A DNA stretch of 46,407 bases from a virus. Taxonomy: Duplodnaviria; Caudoviricetes. The translations under genes and the position numbers were made by a program. Location: IMG/VR virus record IMGVR_UViG_3300035542_000075, positions 1 through 46,407 of that record. The stretch is one strand, 5' to 3'. The notes under the pieces are model-generated. The model saw only the letters and a program-made list of their open reading frames with translations. It had not been told where the DNA came from and did not search any database. Shown here in pieces: positions 1 through 8,626 of the stretch; the stretch's first letter is position 1; each line of letters starts with the position of its first letter.

Positions 1-29
1 TTGCTTTTTTCAAAGGGATTTGATAGCAT
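1..29 (+). promoter_or_regulatory. sigma70-like promoter of the tRNA gene
   Basis: TTGCTT (1-6), 17-nt spacer, TAGCAT (24-29), 13 nt upstream of the tRNA. Confidence 0.5.
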
Positions 30-42
30 GAATCTCGCTGAC

Positions 43-126
43 GCCGGCGTGGTGAAATTGGTAGACACGATAGACTCAAAATCTATTGAGCGCAAGCTTG
101 TATCGGTTCAAGTCCGATCGCCGGTA
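43..126 (+). tRNA. tRNA-Leu(CAA); probable prophage integration target
   Basis: Acceptor GCCGGCG/CGCCGGT plus discriminator A; D-loop TTGGTAGAC; anticodon arm ATAGA-CTCAAAA-TCTAT (CAA at 77-79); long variable arm; T arm ATCGG-TTCAAGT-CCGAT; CCA not encoded. Confidence 0.96.
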
Positions 127-159
127 ATAAAAAAAGGACTTAAATCCTTTACCTAGAAA

Positions 160-215
160 AAGTTGTTTATGTACATCGATGTACAACTGTACATTTTTGT
201 ACATAAAACAGCTTT
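160..215. repeat. Four TGTACA motifs inside an imperfect inverted repeat; putative integrase arm-type/att accessory sites
   Basis: TGTACA at 170, 180, 188 and 198; flanks AAGTTGTTTATGTACA ... TGTACATAAAACAGCTT. Confidence 0.55.
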
Positions 216-248
216 ACAATCTACATTTTCTGGGCAATAGTTATTAAC

Positions 249-1547
249 ATGAAAAAGAAACCTCCGTACAAATTTACCCACCGGAAAGGCAGGTGCATTC
301 AGGTCATGTTTGACGGTGCTGACAAATGGGTCTCCTCAGGTTGTTACACCAGACATGAAGCGGAACTGTGGGCTGAGTCCATAGTTAGGAACAAAACCGG
401 TATCATTAACGAATCAGTTCGTAGGGGATACCGCCTAGTGAAGAGGAAAGGCCGAAACATTCAGGTCATGTTCGATGGAACTGACAAATGGGTCTCCACT
501 GGATTTGACGATGAGCTAAATGCGGTACTGTGGGCCAACGCTGAGTTAATCGAACGAAAGAAAAAAGATATTACATTGGGGAAATTCTCTGAAGGTTTTT
601 ACACCAGAACAGACGAAGAGTCTTTCAGAGCTAGGAACGAAAGAAAAGATAGGCATTATGGCGATGAATACTATTATGCAATGGAAGGTAGACACCGGAA
701 TTACATAATGCCTGCTTTTGGGGAAGTTTATCTAAGCAACATAAACCACATCATGATTGATTCATGGTTCGTAAACCTGAAGAGTGCTTCTGGTAGATCA
801 AAGCAATTAGCCTCTGATACCAAGAACAAGATACTTCAATGCTTATCAAACATCCTAAGCATGGCTGTCACCCAAGGGCTGATTGAGGAAAATCCTTGTG
901 AGAAGATAGAGAAGAATGCAGAACACAACAAGGAAAGAGAACCAATGACCCAAGAGGAGATGGAAATACTATTCCCAGAGAACGATGCTCAAGCTGTTTG
1001 GGTTTGGGGTTCGTTAAAATGGGCTTGTTATTTCCATATCATGAAGAGTACAGGTTTCAGACCAGGAGAGATAGCAGGGCTTGAGAGAAAGAACTACCAT
1101 CCAGAGCTTGGTGGAGTTTATACAACACAATCAATCAATTCACAGCAAAGAGCTATTGCCGACAGGATTAAGACCACCAACAAGGGCAAGAAATACAAAG
1201 TGGGAATCCTTTCATCCCAATGCTGCAGGTTGCTTGATGAGTATATAAAGACACTTCCAGAGGAAGAGACGTTTCTCTTCAAGATGGATGGTGAGTTCAT
1301 GCAAACCTACACTTCCAATAAGCACTTCAAAAGCTTTGCAAAGAAGGCAGGCATCAAGTTGAGAGGCAGGACACAGTATTCTCTACGACACACTTTCCAG
1401 ACGATGATAGCAGGAGAGATCGAAAAGAGTGAAATAGAAGAATTGATGGGCCATACCAAGTACAGGAAAGGCTACGACCACCGTGACGGAGAAAGAAGGC
1501 TCAAACAACTCCAGAACCTCCGTAACAGACTGAACAGTATTATATAA
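249..1547 (+). CDS. int: Tyrosine recombinase (phage integrase) with tandem duplicated N-terminal domain
   Basis: Catalytic motifs TGFRPGE, YSLRHT, LMGH and GYDH; SAM-like middle domain (LIEENPC); next to a tRNA. Confidence 0.93.
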   Translation: MKKKPPYKFTHRKGRCIQVMFDGADKWVSSGCYTRHEAELWAESIVRNKTGIINESVRRGYRLVKRKGRNIQVMFDGTDKWVSTGFDDELNAVLWANAELIERKKKDITLGKFSEGFYTRTDEESFRARNERKDRHYGDEYYYAMEGRHRNYIMPAFGEVYLSNINHIMIDSWFVNLKSASGRSKQLASDTKNKILQCLSNILSMAVTQGLIEENPCEKIEKNAEHNKEREPMTQEEMEILFPENDAQAVWVWGSLKWACYFHIMKSTGFRPGEIAGLERKNYHPELGGVYTTQSINSQQRAIADRIKTTNKGKKYKVGILSSQCCRLLDEYIKTLPEEETFLFKMDGEFMQTYTSNKHFKSFAKKAGIKLRGRTQYSLRHTFQTMIAGEIEKSEIEELMGHTKYRKGYDHRDGERRLKQLQNLRNRLNSII

Positions 1548-1551
1548 TAAG

Positions 1552-1569
1552 GAGGGGCCGAAGCCCCTC
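1552..1569 (-). terminator. Hairpin terminator between convergent int and early operon
   Basis: Minus strand GAGGGGC-TTCG-GCCCCTC followed by AT-rich CTTATTAT. Confidence 0.7.
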
Positions 1570-1672
1570 TCTATATATCTACGTTTAACTCCTTTAGTAT
1601 TTTGGGCACAGAAAGCTTGTCATGCAAAAACCATGACATATCAATAAGAGTGAATTTTTTTCCTAGGACAAT

Positions 1673-1942
1673 TTAGAATGATCTTGGGATATACTCCCTC
1701 ATTTCCCTTAATTCTTTCACTGTTTCCTCTTCTGGAGAATACCAATCAAGGGTTGTGTATCCATCCTTCAGGGTACAACCATCCTTGATTCTGTCAATAA
1801 TCACCTTTTTGTTAACGCCATAGGCAACAGCGGCATCGGAGATCGATTCGAATACCCAGGTATCCGTTTTCTCGAAAGCGATGACAGGGATACAGTGATG
1901 CAAGCCTTCTCGTACCTCATAGATGTAGAATGAATCGCCCAT
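1673..1942 (-). CDS. Hypothetical protein with NUMOD1-like HTH motif
   Basis: FESISDAAVAYGVNKKVI resembles the NUMOD1/IENR1 motif; last gene of the operon. Confidence 0.55.
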   Translation of the reverse strand: MGDSFYIYEVREGLHHCIPVIAFEKTDTWVFESISDAAVAYGVNKKVIIDRIKDGCTLKDGYTTLDWYSPEEETVKELREMREYIPRSF

Positions 1943-1963
1943 CAGAAGACAGGCGATGGTTGC

Positions 1964-2317
1964 TCAATAAAGTTTTCCGTGGAGATATCCACGATCCTTG
2001 TTGTAATTCATCTTTGCCTCAACATGCTTTTGCAGGTCGATGTTTAAGTAGCCGCACAGGTCAGCAATCCTGATTACTGCATCAGCCAACTCATCCTCAA
2101 CACTGTCTTTCACATGCTCAAGGAAAGCTTCCTTTGACTTCCCATTACTCACATAGGCTTCAAGATTGGCCCTCCTGCCATTCCTGTCAGCCTCCAGAGC
2201 CTCACTGATCTCACTGTGAATCAAGCACAGCATTTCACCAAGGTTCTGGTTCTTCTTGTGAAATCCATGATTAAGTGCATTACCATATGCCCTATCCTGT
2301 AGTTGCTTAATCGTCAT
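1964..2317 (-). CDS. MazG-like nucleotide pyrophosphohydrolase
   Basis: LIHSEISEALEA ... EDELADAVIRIADL ... KMNYNKDR pattern of all-alpha NTP-PPases. Confidence 0.85.
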   Translation of the reverse strand: MTIKQLQDRAYGNALNHGFHKKNQNLGEMLCLIHSEISEALEADRNGRRANLEAYVSNGKSKEAFLEHVKDSVEDELADAVIRIADLCGYLNIDLQKHVEAKMNYNKDRGYLHGKLY

Positions 2318-2703
2318 TATATGGCTTCCTGTTTTGCCATGAACTGTGCATATTGGTCATAGACCGCCCTCTTCATCACATTCTTATCCATATTGAACCT
2401 CACGGTGCAAACGAATTCGTTTTCAAACTGAATAAATGGTTCATGATAAATACTGGTCTCACCAAATCTGATACGACTCATTTCGCTTGGGACTTGATAC
2501 AACTTGTAAGTAGCTTCCATGTACTTTGGAGGAACAACCTCTATTTCGTCCATGTTGAAATGCTCAACCTCATAGCAAGGGTAAGGCAAGGTTGCATTCC
2601 TTATATTGCAGTACCTCTGAGCATCACCCTCATTAGAGAAGACAGCCTCTATCGTATAATCCGAATAGCTTCCGCTGGTAACGATGAATACTTTCTTGCT
2701 CAC
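2317..2703 (-). CDS. Phage hypothetical protein
   Basis: Coupled ORF; N-terminal VFIVTSGSYSDYTIEAVFS motif typical of small phage proteins. Confidence 0.7.
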   Translation of the reverse strand: MSKKVFIVTSGSYSDYTIEAVFSNEGDAQRYCNIRNATLPYPCYEVEHFNMDEIEVVPPKYMEATYKLYQVPSEMSRIRFGETSIYHEPFIQFENEFVCTVRFNMDKNVMKRAVYDQYAQFMAKQEAI

Positions 2704-2993
2704 GCCACAACCTCCTCATCCACAATCCCTTTAAGCAATTCCACAATATACTCATCAATAATCTGTGCCCTCTCGGAAACTTGCGGCTCTGATTCTGGCA
2801 CTGAAGAAATGAGCAACCGGAACAACTTTCTGCTATGCCCCAATCTATCAAGAATGGCATCAAGCTTATCTGCTTTTTCTTCTAGCCAGTCTACATATTG
2901 ATTTGTAAATATCTCATTATCATCAAAGTCAGTAATCATAGGTTCCGATTTTGTAGAATCATTGTAGTCTTTCATTTGCTTTGTCCAATTCAT
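2700..2993 (-). CDS. Hypothetical protein
   Basis: 4-nt start/stop overlaps on both sides. Confidence 0.65.
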   Translation of the reverse strand: MNWTKQMKDYNDSTKSEPMITDFDDNEIFTNQYVDWLEEKADKLDAILDRLGHSRKLFRLLISSVPESEPQVSERAQIIDEYIVELLKGIVDEEVVA

Positions 2994-3394
2994 GCTGTCT
3001 CCCTCTTTGCTTTTACGTTCCTGTACGATGAAGCTATGACTCCAAGATAGAATGCTTCTGGAAGATTCAAGTCAACAGCCATTTGGCCTATAGCAACAGC
3101 CATCAAGGAAAGTCTTTTCTCCGCTTCATCAATGTTTGATTTTATTAGGATAGTTTCCTTTTCTTCATTTGCAAGCACTGCTACGTAGTCATATTCTTCA
3201 ATAGGTTCAGAGTCTTCATTGCCCATAGCCTCCTCGATCTTCAGCAATGTATCCAGTCTTGGTAAAGATATTGCCCCACTGCAGAGCTTTCCTATTGTTG
3301 AGTGGTTCATACCCAACCTTCTACCTACCTCACGACAGCTTGTCTCTTCAACTCTCTCTATCAGCCACTGCTTCATCACGCTATAATCTCTCAT
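2990..3394 (-). CDS. XRE-type HTH protein
   Basis: SCREVGRRLGMNHSTIGKLCSG...PRLDTLLKI. Confidence 0.75.
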   Translation of the reverse strand: MRDYSVMKQWLIERVEETSCREVGRRLGMNHSTIGKLCSGAISLPRLDTLLKIEEAMGNEDSEPIEEYDYVAVLANEEKETILIKSNIDEAEKRLSLMAVAIGQMAVDLNLPEAFYLGVIASSYRNVKAKRETA

Positions 3395-3759
3395 AGAACA
3401 CTCCTTTGGTTCTGGTTTACATATTCTTCTTGTTGGGTTGTTTCGTTCCTCATTATCGTTGCGTAGTACCTTTGTATATGAGTTAAGAAATCATCAACCT
3501 CGTTTTCCGAATAGAAGTATCTTGGAACACCCCTGTCCATTACTCGTCTCTGCCCTGTGTAACCTATTACTATGTTCCACTTATATTTGTACTTCGGTTT
3601 GGTCTTATGATCCCTGACGGTAAGACTGCGTATCCTCTCGTCCTTAAATTTGAAGTACCAGCTACTTGTGGTAACAGCTTTGTGATACAGGTATATCCCC
3701 AAATCACCCAATTCTCTCTGAACCCTTCTAGCAATTATGGTTGTTGGTAATTTAGCCAT
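3391..3759 (-). CDS. Hypothetical protein
   Basis: SD AAGG upstream; ATGA overlap with the next gene. Confidence 0.65.
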   Translation of the reverse strand: MAKLPTTIIARRVQRELGDLGIYLYHKAVTTSSWYFKFKDERIRSLTVRDHKTKPKYKYKWNIVIGYTGQRRVMDRGVPRYFYSENEVDDFLTHIQRYYATIMRNETTQQEEYVNQNQRSVL

Positions 3760-3852
3760 CCATTTACCTTTATTATTTAATAGGAGTGAAGGAAGGGCTT
3801 TTACACCCTCCCAGAAATCTTATTACCTATCATCAACCTTTGAGATATTCCC

Positions 3853-4041
3853 CTAAAGCTCTCTACCACAATTCGGGCAATACCTTGCAGTAAATTGAGC
3901 ATCTACTGGCTTGTTGTCCTTGTGGGTGATCTTCACGTAGATATACCCCTTCTCAACCAAAGCAATTGCATTGCCTGTTTCACAATGAAGCGATTTTGAA
4001 TTAGCTCCCAGCTCACAATACTCACATGGTTTCTTATTCAT
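3853..4041 (-). CDS. Small zinc-ribbon protein
   Basis: CEYC ... YCPNCGREL; ATGA overlap with the Tas-like gene. Confidence 0.7.
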   Translation of the reverse strand: MNKKPCEYCELGANSKSLHCETGNAIALVEKGYIYVKITHKDNKPVDAQFTARYCPNCGREL

Positions 4042-4838
4042 GCTGTTTTATCCTTACTATAGTCATGGTGTTTAATCCCCAGGTACTCTTCCTCATACGG
4101 GCATCTGGTAGGAAGGCCCTCAATCTCTCTCCAAGCGTAGTACAGGTCTCTGATGAATGCTTTCATCATGAACCGGACAGCTGCGTTGTGACGGTGTTTT
4201 GCTGTGGTCTCATTCCACGTCTTACCCTCACGTCCCTCGATTTCCCTTGCCTCATTCTCCAGACGGTTCTTATAGTCATAGTAGAATTTCGCATAAGGGC
4301 TTTTTGCCTTGAGGAATGAAGTGCCAAGCACCCCAAGCATCTTCGTTCTCAGCCTTGCATTGTAGGGAGCAAGATACCCTGCGGTGAGCTTGTCTCCACG
4401 GATCATATCGTCTGTGACAACAATCTTCCCATCCTTCATCTTCCTGCCCTTCACAAGACCAGGATTGAGTCCTGTGAACTGCACCATTGCACTGATGGTA
4501 TGGGCTTTATGAATATCGTATTCGGAGATAATGACAGCCGCCATCATCGGCCCGATACCTTTAACATTCTTGAGAAACTTGTCATAGACAGGAATGCCCT
4601 TGAGTTCCTTGGTGAGGGACTTTACCAGATTCTCCTCAATATCCTTGGAATCATCGTAGGCATCGACCAGGGAGGGGATATCCTCGGCATTGATAACCAT
4701 TTCAGTACCATTGTCCTTCTGGTCGTTCCCATCCTTCTTGAACCGTAAGCGATTGCCCATCTTTATCCTTATATCCTGATAATCATAGATGGTTCTCACG
4801 ATTCCCTTAATTCTCATTCTTTGTTCTTCTGATTGCAT
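4038..4838 (-). CDS. TasA-like Nop/IS110-type RNA-binding protein without a nuclease domain
   Basis: IS110/Nop-like features: coiled coil YDYQDIRIKMGNRL, HhH LKNVKGIGPMMAAVIISE, AMVQFTGLNP, YNARLRTKM and HRHNAAVRFMMK; no N-terminal DEDD RuvC domain; SD AAGGAG; directly downstream of a dual-repeat array. Confidence 0.85.
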   Translation of the reverse strand: MQSEEQRMRIKGIVRTIYDYQDIRIKMGNRLRFKKDGNDQKDNGTEMVINAEDIPSLVDAYDDSKDIEENLVKSLTKELKGIPVYDKFLKNVKGIGPMMAAVIISEYDIHKAHTISAMVQFTGLNPGLVKGRKMKDGKIVVTDDMIRGDKLTAGYLAPYNARLRTKMLGVLGTSFLKAKSPYAKFYYDYKNRLENEAREIEGREGKTWNETTAKHRHNAAVRFMMKAFIRDLYYAWREIEGLPTRCPYEEEYLGIKHHDYSKDKTA

Positions 4839-4878
4839 AATTTTCTCCTTAATAATGATTTAGTAACAATCGTTCTTA

Positions 4879-5637
4879 TGATTCGCTCCCATTTTTTGTG
4901 GTATATCAATTTTAATGACTCGCTTATCTGTACTGACTCTCTCCTTGCACCTGACGCACTTACCGTTTGTGATGTTCTCTCATTATCGGGTTCGCTCTCG
5001 TTTGTGCTGTTATCGAAACTATGGCTCGCCCTTTTCAAATGATTTTTTTAGGGAGGTTAACTCGCTCCAGTGATTTGATGTTTTCTTAATTTAAGAGCTC
5101 GCTCTGCAAAATGTATTTATCAACCTTTTTGACTCGCTCATCTACTTTGTTGTTATCTGATTCTTGACTCGCTCATCTACTTTACTGTTATCTCAGTCAA
5201 TGACTCGCTCTTCTATACTGCTCCTTTCTGACACTCGGCTCGCTCCTACGTTCTGTTGCTTTCTTGACTACTGACTCACTAGGTTCAACTGATGATCTTT
5301 TGCTTTATGGTTCGCTCTTCAGGAATGTATTCTTCCTCTTACTTGACTCACTCACTTCTATGATCGCCTCTCTGAAAAATGATTCACTTTCCTGTTGTGC
5401 TGTTAATTGCTTTTCTTGATTCGCTCTAAGATTCTGGTGTTTTCTAATGCGTAAACTCGCTCATATATATGCTGTTCTCGTCAGTACGACTCACACAATT
5501 CTCTAGATTTACTCATATGAAAAGGTTCACTTTTATATCATGCTGTTTTCGCTTAGTCTTGGTTCACTCATCAATTTTGCTTTCGTTTCAGTCTTTTTGG
5601 TTCACTCTATGATTATGCTGTTATCTGCCACACTGGT
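4879..5637 (-). ncRNA. TIGR-like dual-repeat guide RNA array (~21 units of 34-38 nt)
   Basis: Repeat 1 (plus strand TGACTCGCTC-like) starts at 4879, 4916, 4952, 4988, 5022, 5058, 5095, 5130, 5165, 5201, 5236, 5272, 5308, 5344, 5380, 5417, 5453, 5487, 5523, 5560 and 5598; repeat 2 (TGCTGTTATC-like) lies midway; both are separated by 7-9-nt variable spacers. Confidence 0.88.
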
Positions 5638-5649
5638 ATTTGGAGAACG

Positions 5650-5997
5650 TCATGAAGCCTGTGGGCTACGGTTTCTGCTTCGGCACTTTTCCACCTGCCT
5701 GATCTCATTCTCCACCCTCTCACAAGTGATGAATGAGCCATGCTTGCTGATAAGCCCCAATTCCCTCATGGTGTTGAGGATTCTCCGTACAGTGAATCTG
5801 CTCAGCTTCAATGAGGAAGCAAGACTCTGTTCAAGAATCACGCCATTGGGGAGCATATGCGCTTCATCTGCATACAATCTTTCAAGCAGATGCCAATACA
5901 TTCCGTAACCCTTCGCTCCGAATTTCTTATACAATGCTGCAATCGCTGGATTCTGCAGCTCGGTCATATAATGCCTAAAAAAGAATAGCTCTTTCAT
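5650..5997 (-). CDS. DUF4373/Lin1244-like replication organiser N-terminal domain protein
   Basis: FFRHY...NPAIAALYKKFGAKGYGMYWHLLERLY followed by a winged-helix-like segment. Confidence 0.7.
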   Translation of the reverse strand: MKELFFFRHYMTELQNPAIAALYKKFGAKGYGMYWHLLERLYADEAHMLPNGVILEQSLASSLKLSRFTVRRILNTMRELGLISKHGSFITCERVENEIRQVEKCRSRNRSPQAS

Positions 5998-6452
5998 TTT
6001 ATTACCTTCTCCTTTGCTATCTCGTCAGCAAGCTTTTTATAGAGCTTTGCCAGTTCCAGATATTCCTTGTCCTTTTTCTTTGTCGTGACCAGTAACCGGT
6101 CAGCCTCTGACAACCTTTCCATTGCCTCCTCAGAACCCTTGGAGGCCATTGCCATATCCTCTATCCTCTGCAGTCTTTCAAGGCCAATGAGAGAGAGAAG
6201 GCGGTTACGGTACGCAATATGGTTTCCAGATAACGGGCCATTGCAATATTTGCACTGTGCCCATACGTTGTCAGCGTCCAACTCAGTTGCTCGTGTTTTT
6301 CGACTTTCGTAGTGACCACCGTCCATCTTGGAGACATGTCCGATTTTCCCGCAGGAAACACATTTTGCGTAACCATTCGCATCAGCACACACATATCGTC
6401 TGTACCTCTGGAACTCCTTCAACGCCTTCTCTCTCGCACTTGGCACAATCAA
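5994..6452 (-). CDS. ninG: NinG/Rap-family recombination endonuclease
   Basis: CVSCG...MDGGHYESR...NVWAQCKYCN...SGN...YRNRL. Confidence 0.85.
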   Translation of the reverse strand: MIVPSAREKALKEFQRYRRYVCADANGYAKCVSCGKIGHVSKMDGGHYESRKTRATELDADNVWAQCKYCNGPLSGNHIAYRNRLLSLIGLERLQRIEDMAMASKGSEEAMERLSEADRLLVTTKKKDKEYLELAKLYKKLADEIAKEKVIK

Positions 6453-6814
6453 ATCCTCTCAAATTCAAGGGCTGGCGTACCATACTCCTTGATAATCCTG
6501 TTTGCCTTCTTCAGGGGAGCAAAGATATTCAACGCCCTCGACCTCATTTCATTGGCAAACGCCTCAATCTCTTCGATGTCATTCGTGCGGTAGTATCCCT
6601 TGCCATCTGAAAAGCTCACGATGATAAATTCATCCCCAAAGTCTATCTTTCTCAACTCGGAGATAATCAGCCTAGCTGACCTGTCCCCCATTCCCCACAG
6701 GGTACTTAGCTCCTTCCTTGAGATTGCGTTCTCTTTTCCAATCGGTAACATTCCATACAACCTCTGAGCTTCCTGTCTTGATAGGTTTGGTTTTTTTGGC
6801 TTTCTTGCTGGCAC
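6449..6814 (-). CDS. Winged-HTH hypothetical protein
   Basis: GTG start with SD GAGGAG; GKENAISRKEL...DRSARLIISELR...GKGYY. Confidence 0.7.
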   Translation of the reverse strand: MPARKPKKPNLSRQEAQRLYGMLPIGKENAISRKELSTLWGMGDRSARLIISELRKIDFGDEFIIVSFSDGKGYYRTNDIEEIEAFANEMRSRALNIFAPLKKANRIIKEYGTPALEFERI

Positions 6815-6944
6815 GGTCTCTTCTCCTCACATCGTCTATATTTCTGCTTCCCTCTGGAGCTTCCGTACAATATCTAAGTTGACTTCCCTTCTCTGCTTCC
6901 TGTTTGCATTTGTTGGGACACTTTCTGCACAAATACTCAATCAC
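6672..6944 (-). CDS. Possible small Cys-rich protein overlapping the next gene
   Basis: SD-like AGGGGG before a GTG start; CRKCPNKC; a 143-nt overlap lowers confidence. Confidence 0.35.
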   Translation of the reverse strand: MIEYLCRKCPNKCKQEAEKGSQLRYCTEAPEGSRNIDDVRRRDRASKKAKKTKPIKTGSSEVVWNVTDWKRERNLKEGAKYPVGNGGQVS

Positions 6945-6953
6945 AATTTCCCC

Positions 6954-7391
6954 CTAGAACGGTATTTCATCATCATCGTATTGTCCTGTATATGAATTGT
7001 TGTAACATTGGTTGTTACCGCCATTGGAATACTCTTGCCCACTATAGCTACCAGAACCACCAGAACCGCCTTCAGTGAGGTGGAGCGGCTGGACTCCAAA
7101 TGAATCCGCATACAAGACCCATTTGCTACGCCTTGAGCCATCGTTGGCATTCCAGAACTCCTGTCTCATTTCCCCTCTGACCACCACAGGTTTACCCTTG
7201 GTCAGCTTGCCGGTCAGCGATTCAGCAGCCCTTGAGAATTGCACCACATCAAAGAAAGATGAGGTTGTCTGTCCCTTCTCATATCGGCCTACAGCAACAT
7301 TGAATTTCAGAATCGGGGTCTGGCCTGCATATTTGATTTCACTGTCACCAGTGAGCCTTCCTGTTATCATGATCGTACACATATCTGCCAT
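6954..7391 (-). CDS. ssb: Single-stranded DNA-binding protein
   Basis: ITGRLT...FNVAV...LTKGKPVVVRGEMR OB fold; Gly-rich linker; DDDEIPF tail. Confidence 0.95.
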   Translation of the reverse strand: MADMCTIMITGRLTGDSEIKYAGQTPILKFNVAVGRYEKGQTTSSFFDVVQFSRAAESLTGKLTKGKPVVVRGEMRQEFWNANDGSRRSKWVLYADSFGVQPLHLTEGGSGGSGSYSGQEYSNGGNNQCYNNSYTGQYDDDEIPF

Positions 7392-7394
7392 TAA

Positions 7395-7805
7395 TTAATC
7401 CTCCAAGTAATAGCCATTCTCTGATGCAAGCATATGAACAGCCTCTATCAACAACGCACATTCCCCAATGTTAGCCTCACTGGAAGGAATGCCCTTGAAT
7501 CCGTAATCACCTTTAACAGGATTGCCGGATTTATCCTTCTCAATTGGATACCCAAGATGCACAGCCTTAGCCTTGGCCATTTCCTTAATATCATCCTGCG
7601 TTCCACCAGCCATTTCTGAGAGACGCTTGCAAAGCACATGGAAGTAAGCATTTTCCTTCAATGTCCGCTTCTGGTAGTTTGGTTCAATCGTTACCTTGAT
7701 TGTCCCATCCCCCTTGAGAGCCTTGGCAAGCACTGTCTCGAATTCGGCCTCGTAGCCGGTAGGGACTCGGAAGTCCCCACCGTGAACAACAAAGCTCATT
7801 TTCAT
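7395..7805 (-). CDS. NinB/Orf (YbcN)-like recombination accessory protein
   Basis: KRTLKENAYFHVL motif; lies between ERF and SSB. Confidence 0.6.
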   Translation of the reverse strand: MKMSFVVHGGDFRVPTGYEAEFETVLAKALKGDGTIKVTIEPNYQKRTLKENAYFHVLCKRLSEMAGGTQDDIKEMAKAKAVHLGYPIEKDKSGNPVKGDYGFKGIPSSEANIGECALLIEAVHMLASENGYYLED

Positions 7806-8626
7806 GCGATGTTCTCGCTCGATTCAAACGGAACATCATCAAGATTATCCCCATCGAACAACTCCGGCCCTTGTTCTCCATTCGGATTCTGGATTGCATC
7901 GTAGACCTGGGAGTAGATACTGTAGGTGATATCCTTCGAGGTAGGTGCTCCGAATTGCTCAAACAAGCCCTGTGCTGTTTTCTTGTCTCCGTCACACAAT
8001 CTGAGGATATTTCCCCATCCCAAGCTCACTGAGAAGATATTCTGAGGAACTTTTCTGATTGCGTTCTTTTCATCAAAGATCTTCTCCACATTGCTCTTGA
8101 CCTCTTCCATTGAAGCGGCCTTCGGGTCGAATCCCTGCTGGGGAGCAGGTCTCTTCACCGGTTGTGGCCTGTTTCCCTGTGGAAGACTTGTCACTTTCTT
8201 GCTTGGTTCTTGTACCTCACTGTCTGGATCAATCATGTCCTCGGTAGGAATGCAGAGCGATTGCAGGAGAGCATACTTGTGAGCAACGGCCATGCCTTTG
8301 TTTGCTGCCTTATCTCCGCTGTCCATACCTTCCCCAGGAACAATTGCTTCAATAAAGGAACCATCAGTGGTGTAGAATGTATATTTCATCTTCAAGAATC
8401 TGTAGATTAGATTGCTACCACTTCTGGTCTGCCTTTCCTCAGTCCTTTCATCAAGAAGCGTTGGAATGGTGAACACTTTGTGCTTTGCAAGCAGGGGATG
8501 AACTGCATTATAAACATCATCAATGCCTCTGAACTTGAATCCCTGAGATTTGTTTTGTTGGTCTTTCTTGATAGCTTCGACATCAGCCATGATGCCAGCC
8601 ATCGCCTCGAAAATCTGGTTAGCCAT
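7802..8626 (-). CDS. ERF-family ssDNA annealing protein
   Basis: FKFRGIDDVYNAVHPLLAKH...GEGMDSGDKAANKGMAVAHKYAL; start reassigned to ATG 8626 (SD GGAGG). Confidence 0.88.
   Translation of the reverse strand: MANQIFEAMAGIMADVEAIKKDQQNKSQGFKFRGIDDVYNAVHPLLAKHKVFTIPTLLDERTEERQTRSGSNLIYRFLKMKYTFYTTDGSFIEAIVPGEGMDSGDKAANKGMAVAHKYALLQSLCIPTEDMIDPDSEVQEPSKKVTSLPQGNRPQPVKRPAPQQGFDPKAASMEEVKSNVEKIFDEKNAIRKVPQNIFSVSLGWGNILRLCDGDKKTAQGLFEQFGAPTSKDITYSIYSQVYDAIQNPNGEQGPELFDGDNLDDVPFESSENIA

Noticed and set aside
4038-4838. IS110 transposase / insertion sequence
   Set aside because: Lacks the N-terminal DEDD RuvC domain and an evident catalytic Ser loop, and is translationally coupled within the phage operon
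4879-5637. CRISPR array or replication iterons
   Set aside because: Repeats are only 10 nt, of two alternating kinds, with 7-9-nt spacers; no cas1, cas2 or effector genes; too variable for iterons and directly linked to a Nop-like gene
4814-5908. ORFs 4814-5038, 4833-5042 and 5540-5908
   Set aside because: Chance frames over the repeat array or antisense to a real gene
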